DNA from: an uncultured Gammaproteobacteria bacterium
GTDB taxonomy: Bacteria; Cyanobacteriota; Vampirovibrionia; JBFMGH01
DNA length: 64,000 nucleotides
Direction: 5' to 3'
Assembly (NCBI GenBank): GCA_964517135.1
Contig: CAZFBA010000002.1
Coordinates: 89,267 to 153,266 of the forward strand
Made by a program: the position numbers and the translations under genes
Notes under the pieces: model-generated
The model's input: only the letters and a program-made list of their open reading frames with translations
Databases searched by the model: none
Told to the model about the DNA's origin: nothing
Shown: in pieces, positions 48,552 through 59,494 of the stretch
Numbering within the stretch: the stretch's first letter is position 1
Layout: the number at the start of each line of letters is the position of its first letter

Positions 48552-50597
48552 CTATGAATTGATCCCGGTATTCTTCTTTTTAAAGTGTTTATAAAGGATG
48601 CACTGTTCATCTTTTATGAATTGGAAGGCTATAATGGATAATAGTATGGATCCGGCACCGACTAAAAAGGCTATTGACCAGTTATGTGTTTCTCCAAGCG
48701 GTGTCATCATTGGTAACTGTGATATTATCCATCCTACAATGGTTGCAGATATGAGTTGTGGCCCTGCTATGAATAGGTTAAATATACCCATAAAGGCACC
48801 TTCTTCACCTTCGACCATGTGATCACATAGATATGAGTAAGGTATTGACAGTATAGTTGCCCAGGCCACGCCGGCGAAAGCCATCATCGTTATAACTCCT
48901 GTGTGACTTTGTACCAGTGGTGCGCATGCAAAGGCACCAACCATGAAAAGCAATGATACAGAATAGACAATCTTTTTACCTGTTCGTAAACAAATGTATC
49001 CTATAGGTATTGACAGGATAAGGCTTATCAGATTAAAGGCTACCAGGCCTGATTGAGCTGTATTTGTTGCTTCAAGATCCAGTATTCTGATTTTTCTGTA
49101 GTTATCTATTGTGAGAAACTTTTTAAATATGGCTGGCAGGGTTGTTATTGAATCTTTCTGGTATTTGAAGATCTGTTTTTTGACTAATTTTTCACTGATT
49201 TTTTCCTTCATCTCTTTTTCTAGCGTTCTGTTCATTGTTGAAAGTTTCTGAAGATCACTGGATTCGCTTTCAAAATTTATTTTTCCTGCCAAAGTAATAT
49301 TATTATTTTTAAAAGTGTTGCTCAGTGCTGAATATTGGATTAGCATTGTTTGGTAGTCGAAAAGTTCTTTTGCTTCAACTAGATTCAGAAGACTTTTTTG
49401 TGTTTTATTGTCCAGAGTTGATGTTTGTATCTTATTGGTGAGTGTAGATTTTTCAGTGGACTTTTTAGCCAGAGATTTAATTTCTTGTCGGTACTTATTC
49501 TGGTAGATTTCAGGATCGGTTAATAATCCTTTTATCAGTATATTAAGCTCTTTATTATGATTATTAAGTGTTGTTTCTTCTGAATTAATCATTTTACGTT
49601 GCGTTTCTGATATTTTGCCTTTTGATAGAGTGGTTTTGATAGTTTGTTTTACATCAGGTACATTATTGAATCTGTTTGTTATGGTGTTTAACTGCTTAAA
49701 AGTATTATCTGACAGCTTATCAGATGAATTGATCTCGTTAATTATCGGGTTTAAAGTTTCATATTGGTGTTCAATTTGTTTATATTCTTTAGTAGATAGA
49801 TCTGGTATGTGGTATACATAGTGAACTGTATATGGCGTAAGGTATATGAACATACACATGATACCCATCCATGTTAATAGCTGTATCAGGCATATTTTAT
49901 GTATCTCTCTATCAGCTTTGAGAAACTTTTTATAGAATGTTAATATTGATTCTTTTTTCTTTGAGTCTTGAATAGCTTTTGATTTTGGATATTCTCTTAT
50001 TGTTAGTGAAGTATATATAATGAAGAATAGGAAAGCAATAGCAGCCATTATGTATTGCTGGCCAATAGTCATCTGAATATCGAAAAAACGGAGGATTGGT
50101 GCTACTGAAAGAGCGATAACGCTTCCTGCGCCGAAGGCAAAGTTTATATAAGCGTTGGCTACAGGGTGCTGCTCAGGTGGAACGTTATCAGGCACAAGGG
50201 CTCTGTATGGGCCCTGTGAGATATTTACGCATGCGTCGATGATCCATATGAAGAGAACAGCGACCCATAGATAAGGCGAAAAGGGGAAGAATATAAGTGC
50301 TATAGCTCCTAAAAATGCACCAACAAGCAGAAATGGTCGTCTTCTGCCTATTCGTGTCCAGGTTTTATCTGATATAGCCCCTACTATTGGTTGTACCAGC
50401 AAGCCTGTAATTGGTCCTGCACACCATATAAGGCCATATAAAAATGGGTTGGCTCCTAGTGGTTCTAAGACTCTGTTAGATAGTGCTATTTGCATGCTCC
50501 ATGTGAACTGGATACCTATGATGCCAGCACATAAATTAAAGAGTTGAAAAGTTGTTAGACGTGGAAGCCTGGTTTCTTTCTCCTTAGAATCGCTCAT
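48552..50597 (-). CDS. MFS / GPH-family sugar:cation symporter resembling sucrose transporters (SUT / SLC45-like), with a ~260-aa coiled-coil-rich insertion in the central cytoplasmic loop
   Basis: The N-terminal six TM helices carry a TWTRIGRRRPFLLVG motif (RxGRR in the loop between TM2 and TM3). A long hydrophilic Lys/Asn/Gln/Glu-rich insert is followed by six more TM helices. Confidence 0.65.
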   Translation of the reverse strand: MSDSKEKETRLPRLTTFQLFNLCAGIIGIQFTWSMQIALSNRVLEPLGANPFLYGLIWCAGPITGLLVQPIVGAISDKTWTRIGRRRPFLLVGAFLGAIALIFFPFSPYLWVAVLFIWIIDACVNISQGPYRALVPDNVPPEQHPVANAYINFAFGAGSVIALSVAPILRFFDIQMTIGQQYIMAAIAFLFFIIYTSLTIREYPKSKAIQDSKKKESILTFYKKFLKADREIHKICLIQLLTWMGIMCMFIYLTPYTVHYVYHIPDLSTKEYKQIEHQYETLNPIINEINSSDKLSDNTFKQLNTITNRFNNVPDVKQTIKTTLSKGKISETQRKMINSEETTLNNHNKELNILIKGLLTDPEIYQNKYRQEIKSLAKKSTEKSTLTNKIQTSTLDNKTQKSLLNLVEAKELFDYQTMLIQYSALSNTFKNNNITLAGKINFESESSDLQKLSTMNRTLEKEMKEKISEKLVKKQIFKYQKDSITTLPAIFKKFLTIDNYRKIRILDLEATNTAQSGLVAFNLISLILSIPIGYICLRTGKKIVYSVSLLFMVGAFACAPLVQSHTGVITMMAFAGVAWATILSIPYSYLCDHMVEGEEGAFMGIFNLFIAGPQLISATIVGWIISQLPMMTPLGETHNWSIAFLVGAGSILLSIIAFQFIKDEQCILYKHFKKKNTGINS

Positions 50598-50758
50598 TTT
50601 AAAAATTACCTTCTGGTTACTTTTTTACAGAGGGCTTTTTGTTTATGCCCATAACGAAATCTATTTTATATTCCTTATTAACACTAACACCTGCTGTTCT
50701 GGAATGAAAGTAAGCTTGTTGAGAAATTTACATTTTTATTCAATAGTGTTAAAACACT

Positions 50759-52105
50759 TTATTCAAGGTAGAAAAAAGGTTTTTGTGTATCTTTAAAAAC
50801 TTCCAGTGCCATAAGGTAGGTTGCTGCGCTCCATGTTTGATTAGCGTTAGAGATATTTTCTACGAATTGACCGCTATTCCCATCTACCCATTCGGGCATG
50901 TTATCTTTTAAGCTTTCTGTAATTACTTTAAGCTTTTCGTATGCGTCTTTAGTGTTCTTGTTTTTTATTAGAATAGTTATGTATATGTTTCCGATGAATG
51001 GCCAGATCCCGCAGTTCTGGTAATAATATGGATCGGAGGTTTCATCGGCTGGTACTAGCTCTTGCAGTTCATATTTTGATAGTGCTGGCCATAGTATCTT
51101 CATTGGATATGGCTTATCAATATCGTTTATTTCTATATAATTTAGTATTTGTTCAGTTTCTTTATCTGTTGTAATACCAAATGCTATAGCCATGAGGTTG
51201 GCAAGACTGTCAAACCTGTAATCATAATAGCCTGTTCTGACTGATGCTATAAAATAGCCACTATTTTTGAGTGTTCCTCTGTGTTCACTTTCTGTTGTTT
51301 TGATGTTAAAGGGGTTTTTCTGTCTGTATGAAAATTCATCGTTGCGGTGAAAGCTTTTTGGTATTATGGTATTTAACTTATCCAGTTTTGTCTGGTTGAT
51401 CCAGAAGTATTCTTTAATAAGAGCTTTAATTTTAGAGGCATAATCCTGGTATATTTTTCTGCTATCCTCAGAAAAAAACTCTTTAAGGTCTGAAGCAATT
51501 CGTAAAGCTCCGTAGAGTAAGACCTGGTTATATGCAACATATCCATAAAGCTTGTGCGGCCTGTCAATATGAGTAGTACAGTCTATTGAAGCTATAAGAG
51601 GACATGGATCAAACAGATTATTTTCTATTGAAAGGTTTAATGCGGCTTTATAGGCGGTTTTGATATTGTCATAAAAATCTTTGTTACTGGTTTTTTTAAG
51701 AAATTCACCAGTTAGAATCAGGTAAAGAAGAGTTGAATCGATAGAATGTATATGTCCTATAGTACTGGTTGTACCTTCAATAAGGTTATCGTTATCTGGA
51801 TTAATAGAAATAGGAACTCTTCCACACTGGTTAATTTTTTTTGATAACATCAGGAGGTAGTTTTCAGGATGTTCGTACGTTCCTGCTGTCAGGTCATACA
51901 GCAAAGAGTATATGTTATCCCTTGTCCATAAAAACTTATAGTCAGGATGTTTGATTTCACTAGTACCTAGTGCCATATATCCCTGAAAATTACCGTTTTT
52001 AGTGAAGATAGTTGCATTATTTAAAACCTCTCTCGCTTTTTGTGCTGTTTTATCAAATATACTAAGGTCTAGATGCTTTGTATAATGCTTATATTGTCTG
52101 TTCAA
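50759..52105 (-). CDS. Six-hairpin (alpha/alpha)6 glycosidase-like protein, probably GH100 (neutral/alkaline invertase-like)
   Basis: TIGHIHSIDSTLLYLILTGEF resembles the GH100 IGRVAPVDSGLWWIIL motif as recalled from memory. It also has a C-terminal QNCGIWPF. TTG start with an aaggag RBS. Family assignment is tentative. Confidence 0.45.
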   Translation of the reverse strand: MNRQYKHYTKHLDLSIFDKTAQKAREVLNNATIFTKNGNFQGYMALGTSEIKHPDYKFLWTRDNIYSLLYDLTAGTYEHPENYLLMLSKKINQCGRVPISINPDNDNLIEGTTSTIGHIHSIDSTLLYLILTGEFLKKTSNKDFYDNIKTAYKAALNLSIENNLFDPCPLIASIDCTTHIDRPHKLYGYVAYNQVLLYGALRIASDLKEFFSEDSRKIYQDYASKIKALIKEYFWINQTKLDKLNTIIPKSFHRNDEFSYRQKNPFNIKTTESEHRGTLKNSGYFIASVRTGYYDYRFDSLANLMAIAFGITTDKETEQILNYIEINDIDKPYPMKILWPALSKYELQELVPADETSDPYYYQNCGIWPFIGNIYITILIKNKNTKDAYEKLKVITESLKDNMPEWVDGNSGQFVENISNANQTWSAATYLMALEVFKDTQKPFFYLE

Positions 52106-52269
52106 ATTTCAAATCTCCTTTATTTAAAGGTCTTTATGATCTTATCAGGTGTTTTCATTGATTAATATAATTCACTATCTTACCATAATTTATGAATAAT
52201 ATTAATAATAGAGCCTCCTTCATCTGTAAATCAGGAGGCTTTTCTTATTATAACCCTCATTTGCAGAAA

Positions 52270-54372
52270 TTATATTTTCAACCACATTTTCTGGTAAGGT
52301 TTAAGCATAATTTTAAGGCTGTTTTGATCTGATGTGATGCCTATTTGTTCCTTTGTTATAAGATCAATTGCTTTGTTATTATTCTTTTTAAGGTTTTTCA
52401 GGTTGTCAGGGCTAACATTAAAGCATGCTTCTAGTTTTTGATCAGACAGATTATTTATAACCAGAACTTTATCATCATCTTTTACTCTTATATAAGAAAG
52501 TATTTCAGGTTTATCAGATTCTACTTTGTTGAATGAGCCTCTTCTTAAAGCTATATTGTCTTTTCGGGCTTTGATCATGTCTTTAACCGTATAGAAAATT
52601 TTTGCTTTATAGGTATCTTTTTCTTCAAGAACTTTGTAGAATTCATCTTTTTCGATAGGGCCTCGGTTAATATCTCTGCTGTCATAGAAGCTAATGACTT
52701 CGATATCTTTATCTTTTTCTCTTTGAACACGTTCACGCTCTTCAGCTGCCATTTCAGCGTATTTAAGGTTGTTTTGGGCTCCGATTTCATCGCCATAATA
52801 GATTATAGGCATACCTGGCAGTGATAATAAAATAGAGTAGGCCAGAGTTATTCTGCTGGGGTCTTTATCAAGAAAATCTGCCATTCTTCCACTAACACCG
52901 AGGCCTTTTCTGAATTCTTTACCTTTTGAAATGAGCTTGTCATAAATGATTTTACGTGTTTCAATATCGACCATTTCAAGAGTAAGTTCATCATGAACTC
53001 TTAAAAACATTGCCCAGGTAGCAGATGGAGGTATTTCAGGTGTTATTTCATCAGCTTTCCAGAAAGGTTCGTTATTTTCTGTTATTAATGATGCCCATAT
53101 GGCAGGCATATATGGGAAGTGGTATCCTATTTGTACTTCATCTGTTCGAACAAGCTTTCTATCGGGCTGCACAAGTATCGAATTATCTTCTCCGTATTGT
53201 ATTTGAATGTTTCTTGGAGGCAGTGTATTTTCTGTTCCAAAGTATGGAAGAATATCTTCAGGCCACTGACAGGCTTCAGCCAGCATAATTGAACGAGGAC
53301 CTGTAGCCTGTAATGTAGAGCTGATAAGCTTAACTACTTCATGTGTTTCCGGTAAGTTCTCTGCATTAGTGCCTTCTTTCTTTATAAAGTAAGGTATAGC
53401 ATCGACTCTGAATATATCTACCCCAAGGTTATTCCAAAATGCAACTATTTTGAGTACTTCATACATTACTTCAGGGTTTTTCCAGTTGATATCAGGCTGA
53501 AATGGATAAAAAGTGTGGTACACATAGTAGTCTTTGTCGCCGATCATTATTTTTCTATAGTGGCTTTCAGCAATATCAGGGAATATAAGTCTTCTTGATG
53601 ATACTTTACCATCATCCTCATAATAATCAACGATAATACCTTTCTGTTCATCACGATATTTCTTATATTCCGGACGGTCTTCTCTGTAAACAAAATAATT
53701 TAGCTTGTCAAGGTCTCCGGCCAGTGCTTCCTGGAACCATTTATGCTGGTCAGAAAAGTGGTTCAGAATGAGATCTGCTTTAATTTTGAACCCTCTTTTG
53801 CGTGCTTGATAAATGAAATTTCTGAATTCTTCCATTCCGCCAAGTTCTTCACGTACATTATTGGGATCTCTAACGTCAAAACCTGCGTCACCCATAGGTG
53901 AATCCATAAAAGGCAGCATGTAAATGGTTGTTATGCCAAGCTCTTCCAGATAGTCAAGCATTTCAACCAGGTCGTTAAAAGTGCTGGGCTTATTATTGGT
54001 CCGGCCAAAGTGTTCGGTGTAAAACATATATACAATTTCATCTTTGTACCAGTCTGAAATTCTGTTGATATCGTTTTGATGAAGCTTTACCGGTCTTTTA
54101 TCTTTTGCGTTATTAATGATTTCCAGTACTTTTGGGTAGATTTCATCAACCTGGTTTTCTCCGTAAATTTTAGTCAGAGAGCTTTTAATATTCTCTTTTA
54201 GCTGGTCTGGTATTTCGGCAGATGGGTTAATAGAGATTTTTTGATCGGTAGTAATAGTCTCTTTTAAAGATTTCTGGGTAATTGTTTCTGCTATAGTGTT
54301 ATTAATGGTTAAGCAGGATACAATTAATAAACTTAAAATACTTGTAAGCAGGTGTCTTTTTTTAGTTTGCAT
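52270..54372 (-). CDS. Secreted GH13 alpha-amylase-family enzyme of the TreS / amylosucrase / sucrose-isomerase type (alpha-glucosyl transferase / hydrolase)
   Basis: A signal peptide (MQTKKRHLLTSILSLLIVSCLT). GH13 region I ADLILNH. Region II GVDIFRVDAIPYFIKKEGTNAENLPETH, which closely resembles TreS LFEREGTNCENLPETH as recalled from memory. Confidence 0.7.
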   Translation of the reverse strand: MQTKKRHLLTSILSLLIVSCLTINNTIAETITQKSLKETITTDQKISINPSAEIPDQLKENIKSSLTKIYGENQVDEIYPKVLEIINNAKDKRPVKLHQNDINRISDWYKDEIVYMFYTEHFGRTNNKPSTFNDLVEMLDYLEELGITTIYMLPFMDSPMGDAGFDVRDPNNVREELGGMEEFRNFIYQARKRGFKIKADLILNHFSDQHKWFQEALAGDLDKLNYFVYREDRPEYKKYRDEQKGIIVDYYEDDGKVSSRRLIFPDIAESHYRKIMIGDKDYYVYHTFYPFQPDINWKNPEVMYEVLKIVAFWNNLGVDIFRVDAIPYFIKKEGTNAENLPETHEVVKLISSTLQATGPRSIMLAEACQWPEDILPYFGTENTLPPRNIQIQYGEDNSILVQPDRKLVRTDEVQIGYHFPYMPAIWASLITENNEPFWKADEITPEIPPSATWAMFLRVHDELTLEMVDIETRKIIYDKLISKGKEFRKGLGVSGRMADFLDKDPSRITLAYSILLSLPGMPIIYYGDEIGAQNNLKYAEMAAEERERVQREKDKDIEVISFYDSRDINRGPIEKDEFYKVLEEKDTYKAKIFYTVKDMIKARKDNIALRRGSFNKVESDKPEILSYIRVKDDDKVLVINNLSDQKLEACFNVSPDNLKNLKKNNNKAIDLITKEQIGITSDQNSLKIMLKPYQKMWLKI

Positions 54373-54689
54373 GTTGTAATTCCCTTCTGTATGTGATTGA
54401 AAGTCATTTTGTATTTTTTGAGTATATCAATAATAACACAATCCGCATTACATTAAATTTAATGCAATACGCTTCTGTATCGACGTGGTCAATCCTGTAA
54501 ATGTAATTTTTACTAAAACAATAATAGTGTTTTACTTACCATGTTTTGATATGCTTAAATTCTTGCCTGGGTTTTTTATTTAGGGATGTTAATTTTTTAA
54601 AATTCTTGTGCTGTCTTGATTTACCTTTAAGAAACATTACACATCGTAACAATTAATAACTAAAATGATTCTTAATTGACAGGTAATAC

Positions 54690-54718
54690 TTGCATGGTCT
54701 TTTTCTCTTTGTTAATAT
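54690..54718 (+). promoter_or_regulatory. Candidate sigma-70 promoter for the rplJ-rplL operon (TTGCAT-17-TAATAT), followed by a ~160-nt leader containing stem-loops
   Basis: A -35 / -10 pair with a 17-bp spacer. The downstream leader has the inverted repeat TCTGTGA...TCACAGA at about 54822-54853, consistent with an L10 autoregulatory leader. Confidence 0.35.
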
Positions 54719-54881
54719 TACGCAAATAAACAGGAAAAGCCGCAGACAGCAGGTACTAAAAGTTTAATTGGTTTCCAAGCAGCCTGCCGAGGTAAATTTT
54801 AAAATTTAATCCTTGAATTCTGTGTTTCTGTGAGCTTTTCTTTTCACAGAAATTTTTTATGAAAGGAGGGTGATTAGCTGA

Positions 54882-55412
54882 ATGCCCATTACCAGAGAAC
54901 AAAAGGCGAATAAGATTGATAAAATTAAAGAAGAGATTTGTAAATCTTCAGTAGCTATAGTAACGGATTATCGTGGTTTAACAGTAGAAGAAATTACCGC
55001 TTTAAGACGTAGCCTTCAAGAAGTAGATGCTGAATATTCAGTGGTTAAAAATACTTTAGCTGATATAGCTGTAAAAGATACAAATTATGAAGCTCTTCAG
55101 GGCTTTTTAACAGGTCCTACGGCTTTAGTGCTTGGGCGTAAAGATCAGGTTGCACCAGCTAAAGTACTTACACAATTTATCAAAAAAGCAAAAAAAGTTT
55201 CTATAAAAGGTGGAGTTCTTGATGGAAGTGTGCTTAATGAAGATCAGGTTAAGCAACTTGCAGATATTCCATCTATTGAAGAGCTTTATGCCAAGATGCT
55301 CGGAAGTATTAACTCACCTGCTACTGGTATTGCTACATGTATAAACAACGTTATGAGAAATATGGTTGTTTGTATAGATGAAGTGAGAAAGCAAAAAGAA
55401 GCACAGGGATAG
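54882..55412 (+). CDS. rplJ: 50S ribosomal protein L10
   Basis: The uL10 pattern. A ggagg RBS. Confidence 0.9.
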   Translation: MPITREQKANKIDKIKEEICKSSVAIVTDYRGLTVEEITALRRSLQEVDAEYSVVKNTLADIAVKDTNYEALQGFLTGPTALVLGRKDQVAPAKVLTQFIKKAKKVSIKGGVLDGSVLNEDQVKQLADIPSIEELYAKMLGSINSPATGIATCINNVMRNMVVCIDEVRKQKEAQG

Positions 55413-55480
55413 TTAAAATCTCTGTAAAATCTGTGAATAAAAAGTAAGACATGTGATAAATAATAAGAGAGGAGTAAATA

Positions 55481-55861
55481 ATGAGCCCAGTTGTAGACGA
55501 AATCCTAGAAAAAATTGAAGGACTTACACTATTAGAAGCTGCAGACTTAGTAAAGAAAATGGAAGACAAGTTTGGTGTTAGTGCTGCTGCTGCTGCACCA
55601 ATGATGATGGCTGGCCCGGCTGCTGGAGCCCCTGCTGAAGAAGCTGAAGAGACAGATGTAGATGTAATTCTGGCTTCTGTCGGCTCACAGAAGATACCGG
55701 TTCTTAAAGAAATCCGTGCAATGACTGGCCTCGGACTTAAAGAAGCCAAAGAACTTGTTGATAATACTCCTAAGCCAATTAAAGAAGCTATTAAGAAAGA
55801 AGAAGCGCAAGAAATTAAGAAAAAACTTGAAGAATTGGGCGCAACTATTGAGATTAAGTAG
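55481..55861 (+). CDS. rplL: 50S ribosomal protein L7/L12
   Basis: The N-terminal dimerisation helix, an Ala/Pro-rich hinge ([20 protein letters not shown]), and the C-terminal domain [12 protein letters not shown]. Confidence 0.95.
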   Translation: MSPVVDEILEKIEGLTLLEAADLVKKMEDKFGVSAAAAAPMMMAGPAAGAPAEEAEETDVDVILASVGSQKIPVLKEIRAMTGLGLKEAKELVDNTPKPIKEAIKKEEAQEIKKKLEELGATIEIK

Positions 55862-55878
55862 AGTCAATACTCTTTATT
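55860..55878 (+). terminator. Weak stem-loop (attenuator-like) immediately after rplL
   Basis: AGAGT-caat-ACTCT followed by a T-rich run. Only a 5-bp stem. Confidence 0.25.
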
Positions 55879-56135
55879 CTTTATGTTAAATTTTGTTTAA
55901 ATGGATTCTTGTCAATAAAATCCTAGTTTTAGAAAGCGCTTTATCCAATTAATGCTTGCTATATGCACCGTGCCTGTTATAATTCATGGGAATAATTTAT
56001 TATTCCCATGCATTGACTCTTTTGCTTGATGCTATAGTATGTAAATTAGTCGAATTTTACTTAATAATTAGTTATTTAATTGGATTATAATCAGTTACAT
56101 AGAACATAGTGCAGCACATATAGGCGAGGTAGGTA

Positions 56136-59100
56136 ATGTCTACTAAATTTAAACCCCGTGTAAACCCTTATGAAGGTATTACATTTTCTCATATTTCAGA
56201 ATTACCAGACTTGGCTGAAATCCAGAAGAATTCGTTCAACTGGTTTTTGACTGAAGGCCTGAAAGAAGAACTGCTTTCATTTTCACCTATTAAAGACTAT
56301 ACAGGTAAGCTAGAACTCCACTTCTTGCCCAGTTATACTTTTGATAATCCCAAGTATTCTATTGAAGAAGCTCGATTGCATGATGCCAGTTATACCAAAC
56401 AACTCAGGATAATGATGCGTTTGGTTAACCGTGATACTGGTGAAATTAAAGATCAAGAAGTTTATGTAGGTGATATACCTATGATGACTGATAAAGGCAC
56501 ATTTGTTATTAATGGTGCTGAAAGGGTTGTTGTCAGTCAGATTGTTCGTTCTCCTGGTATATACTATAAAAAGGATATTGCACCTAATGGTAAACGTATC
56601 TTTAATGCAACTCTTATACCTAACAGAGGTGCATGGCTTAAGTTTGAAACAGATGTTAATGATGTAGTTTTTGTTAAAATCGATAAAAACCGCAAGATTC
56701 TTGCTACAACATTACTTAAAGCTCTTGGTATCAGTACATCAGAGATGGGTAGCTTGTTCAGTCATTCTGAGTTTCTTAATAAAACCATTGATAAAGATGC
56801 TACAGAGACAATGGATGATGCCTTAATTGAAGTTTATAAAAAACTAAGACCGGGTGATCCTCCATCTGTAAGCGGTGGAAGAACTATTATTGAGAGCAGA
56901 TTTTTTGATGATAAACGTTATGACCTTGGCAGAGTTGGACGTTACAAGGTAAATAAAAAACTTGGGCTTAACCTCCCTGAAACTCAAAGAACGCTTACTG
57001 TTCAGGATATTGTTGCTTCAATAGACTATCTGATTGGCCTTTATTATGATGATGGTTATGTTGATGATATTGATCACCTTGGCAATCGTCGTATACGTTC
57101 AGTTGGTGAGCTTCTACAGAACCAGTTTCGTATAGGTTTAACTCGTCTTGAGCGTATTGTCAAAGAAAGAATGACACTGCAAGATTCAGATACATTGACA
57201 CCAGGTAATTTGTTGAATACTAAGCCTTTAGTTGCAGCTATTAAAGAGTTTTTTGGATCTTCTCAGCTTTCACAGTTTATGGATCAAACAAATCCGCTGG
57301 CAGAGTTGACACATAAACGAAGGTTATCAGCTTTAGGGCCTGGTGGTCTTGCTAGAGAAAGAGCAGGGTTTGCTGTTCGAGATATTCACCCCAGTCATTA
57401 CGGTAGAATATGTCCGGTAGAAACACCTGAAGGTCCAAATGCCGGTTTGATAGGTAGTCTTGGTACTCACGCAAGGGTCAACCCTTATGGTTTTATTGAA
57501 ACTCCTTATCGTAAGGTTAAAGATGGTATTGTAACTGCAGAAGTTCATTATCTTGCGGCTGATGAAGAAGATAACTTCAGGGTTGCACCCGGTGATGTAA
57601 AACTCAATGATGACAAGACATTTGCTGATGTCATTGTACCAAGTCGCTATAAATCTGAGTTTACACTTTCTGAAAGTTCAAGGGTTGACTATGTTGGTGT
57701 TTCTCCTATTCAGATTATCTCTGTGGGTACAGCATTAATACCATTTCTGGAACATGATGATGCTAACCGTGCACTGATGGGCTCAAACATGCAACGTCAG
57801 GCAGTTCCATTATTGCGTTCAGAAAGGCCTCTAGTTGGTACAGGTCTTGAAAAACGAGCTGCTCAAGATTCAGGGATGGTTATTGTCTCCAGAGACGAAG
57901 GCGAAATAATTAAAGTTACAGGTGAAGAAATCCATATCGACACAGGGATGGGTATTTCTAAATATCCATTAATGAAATATGTACGCAGCAATCAGGATAC
58001 CTGTTTGAATCAGCGTCCTATTGTATCAATGGGTGAAAAAATAAAAGTCGGAGATGTTATTGCTGATGGTGCCTCTACAGATCTTGGTGAACTGGCACTC
58101 GGACGTAATATACTGGCTGCTTTTATGCCCTGGGAAGGCTTTAACTATGAGGACTCAATATTAATCAGTGATAGATTGGTTCATGATGATGTATTTACAA
58201 GTATTCATATTGAAAAACTTGAAATAGATGCAAGAACTACAAAGCTTGGCCCTGAAGAAATTACCCGTGAGGTTCCTAATGTTTCAGAAGATAGCTTAAG
58301 ACATCTTGATGAGATTGGAATTGTAAGAATAGGTGCCAGAGTTTATGCAGATGATATCCTGGTAGGAAAGATTACACCGAAGGGTGAATCTGAACATCCA
58401 CCTGAAGAGAAGCTCTTAAGAGCAATATTTGCTGAAAAAGCTAGAGACGTAAGGGATAACAGTTTAAGAGTTCCTCACGGTGAAGGCGGGCGTGTGCTGG
58501 ATGTTAAAGTATTTGACAGAGAAAAAGGTGATGAGCTACCTCCTGGCGCAAATACAGTTGTTAGAGTGTATATTGCTCAAAAACGAAAAATCAGTGTAGG
58601 CGATAAAATAGCAGGCAGACATGGTAACAAAGGTATTATTTCTCAGGTATTACCAAAAGAAGATATGCCTTTCTTGCCTGATGGTACTCCTGTAGATATA
58701 GTTCTTAGCCCGTTAGGTGTACCCAGCCGTATGAATGTAGGTCAGACTTATGAAACAATGCTTGGTCTGGCTGCATATTTACGTGGTATTAGTTATGAAG
58801 TACCACCGTTTGATGAGATGTTTGGTGAAGAAGCTTCACGTAATATGGTCAACAAAGAGCTTAAAAAAGCCAAAGAGCAAACAAACATAGACTGGATACA
58901 CGATGATGGTAAGGTTGTATTATATGATGGTAGAACTGGTGAACCATTTGACTATCCGGTTTCTGTTGGTTATATCTATATGCTGAAATTAGTACACCTT
59001 GTAGATGATAAAATCCACGCTAGAAGTACAGGTCCTTATAGTCTTGTTACCCAGCAGCCGCTTGGTGGTAAGGCTCAGTTTGGTGGTCAGCGTTTCGGAG

Positions 59101-59447
59101 AGATGGAAGTATGGGCTCTTGAAGCTTTTGGAGCTGCATATACCTTACAGGAAATGCTTACCATTAAGTCAGATGATGTTCAGGGCCGCAGTAGAGCCTA
59201 TGAAGCTATTGTTAAAGGTGAAAACCTGCAACGGCCAGGTATACCTGAGTCGTTCAAGGTTCTGGTGAGAGAGCTTCAAAGTATAGGCCTTGACATTACT
59301 GTAGCCAAAAAAGGCGGTGTCGAGGTTGACCTTATGTCTGATACTGAAGAAGTTAAGAAAACTGCACCGAAGAGAACCCTGAGTGATATAGACTCTGAGC
59401 TTTTGAAGATTGATCTGTTCCCAACACCCCCTACTTTAGGTGAATAA
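56136..59447 (+). CDS. rpoB: DNA-directed RNA polymerase subunit beta
   Basis: A 1103-aa protein with conserved beta-subunit blocks ([35 protein letters not shown]). Confidence 0.97.
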   Translation: MSTKFKPRVNPYEGITFSHISELPDLAEIQKNSFNWFLTEGLKEELLSFSPIKDYTGKLELHFLPSYTFDNPKYSIEEARLHDASYTKQLRIMMRLVNRDTGEIKDQEVYVGDIPMMTDKGTFVINGAERVVVSQIVRSPGIYYKKDIAPNGKRIFNATLIPNRGAWLKFETDVNDVVFVKIDKNRKILATTLLKALGISTSEMGSLFSHSEFLNKTIDKDATETMDDALIEVYKKLRPGDPPSVSGGRTIIESRFFDDKRYDLGRVGRYKVNKKLGLNLPETQRTLTVQDIVASIDYLIGLYYDDGYVDDIDHLGNRRIRSVGELLQNQFRIGLTRLERIVKERMTLQDSDTLTPGNLLNTKPLVAAIKEFFGSSQLSQFMDQTNPLAELTHKRRLSALGPGGLARERAGFAVRDIHPSHYGRICPVETPEGPNAGLIGSLGTHARVNPYGFIETPYRKVKDGIVTAEVHYLAADEEDNFRVAPGDVKLNDDKTFADVIVPSRYKSEFTLSESSRVDYVGVSPIQIISVGTALIPFLEHDDANRALMGSNMQRQAVPLLRSERPLVGTGLEKRAAQDSGMVIVSRDEGEIIKVTGEEIHIDTGMGISKYPLMKYVRSNQDTCLNQRPIVSMGEKIKVGDVIADGASTDLGELALGRNILAAFMPWEGFNYEDSILISDRLVHDDVFTSIHIEKLEIDARTTKLGPEEITREVPNVSEDSLRHLDEIGIVRIGARVYADDILVGKITPKGESEHPPEEKLLRAIFAEKARDVRDNSLRVPHGEGGRVLDVKVFDREKGDELPPGANTVVRVYIAQKRKISVGDKIAGRHGNKGIISQVLPKEDMPFLPDGTPVDIVLSPLGVPSRMNVGQTYETMLGLAAYLRGISYEVPPFDEMFGEEASRNMVNKELKKAKEQTNIDWIHDDGKVVLYDGRTGEPFDYPVSVGYIYMLKLVHLVDDKIHARSTGPYSLVTQQPLGGKAQFGGQRFGEMEVWALEAFGAAYTLQEMLTIKSDDVQGRSRAYEAIVKGENLQRPGIPESFKVLVRELQSIGLDITVAKKGGVEVDLMSDTEEVKKTAPKRTLSDIDSELLKIDLFPTPPTLGE

Positions 59448-59494
59448 ATTGGTGAAACTACTTCAGGGCAGAGATTAAGAAGGAGAAATAAGCG

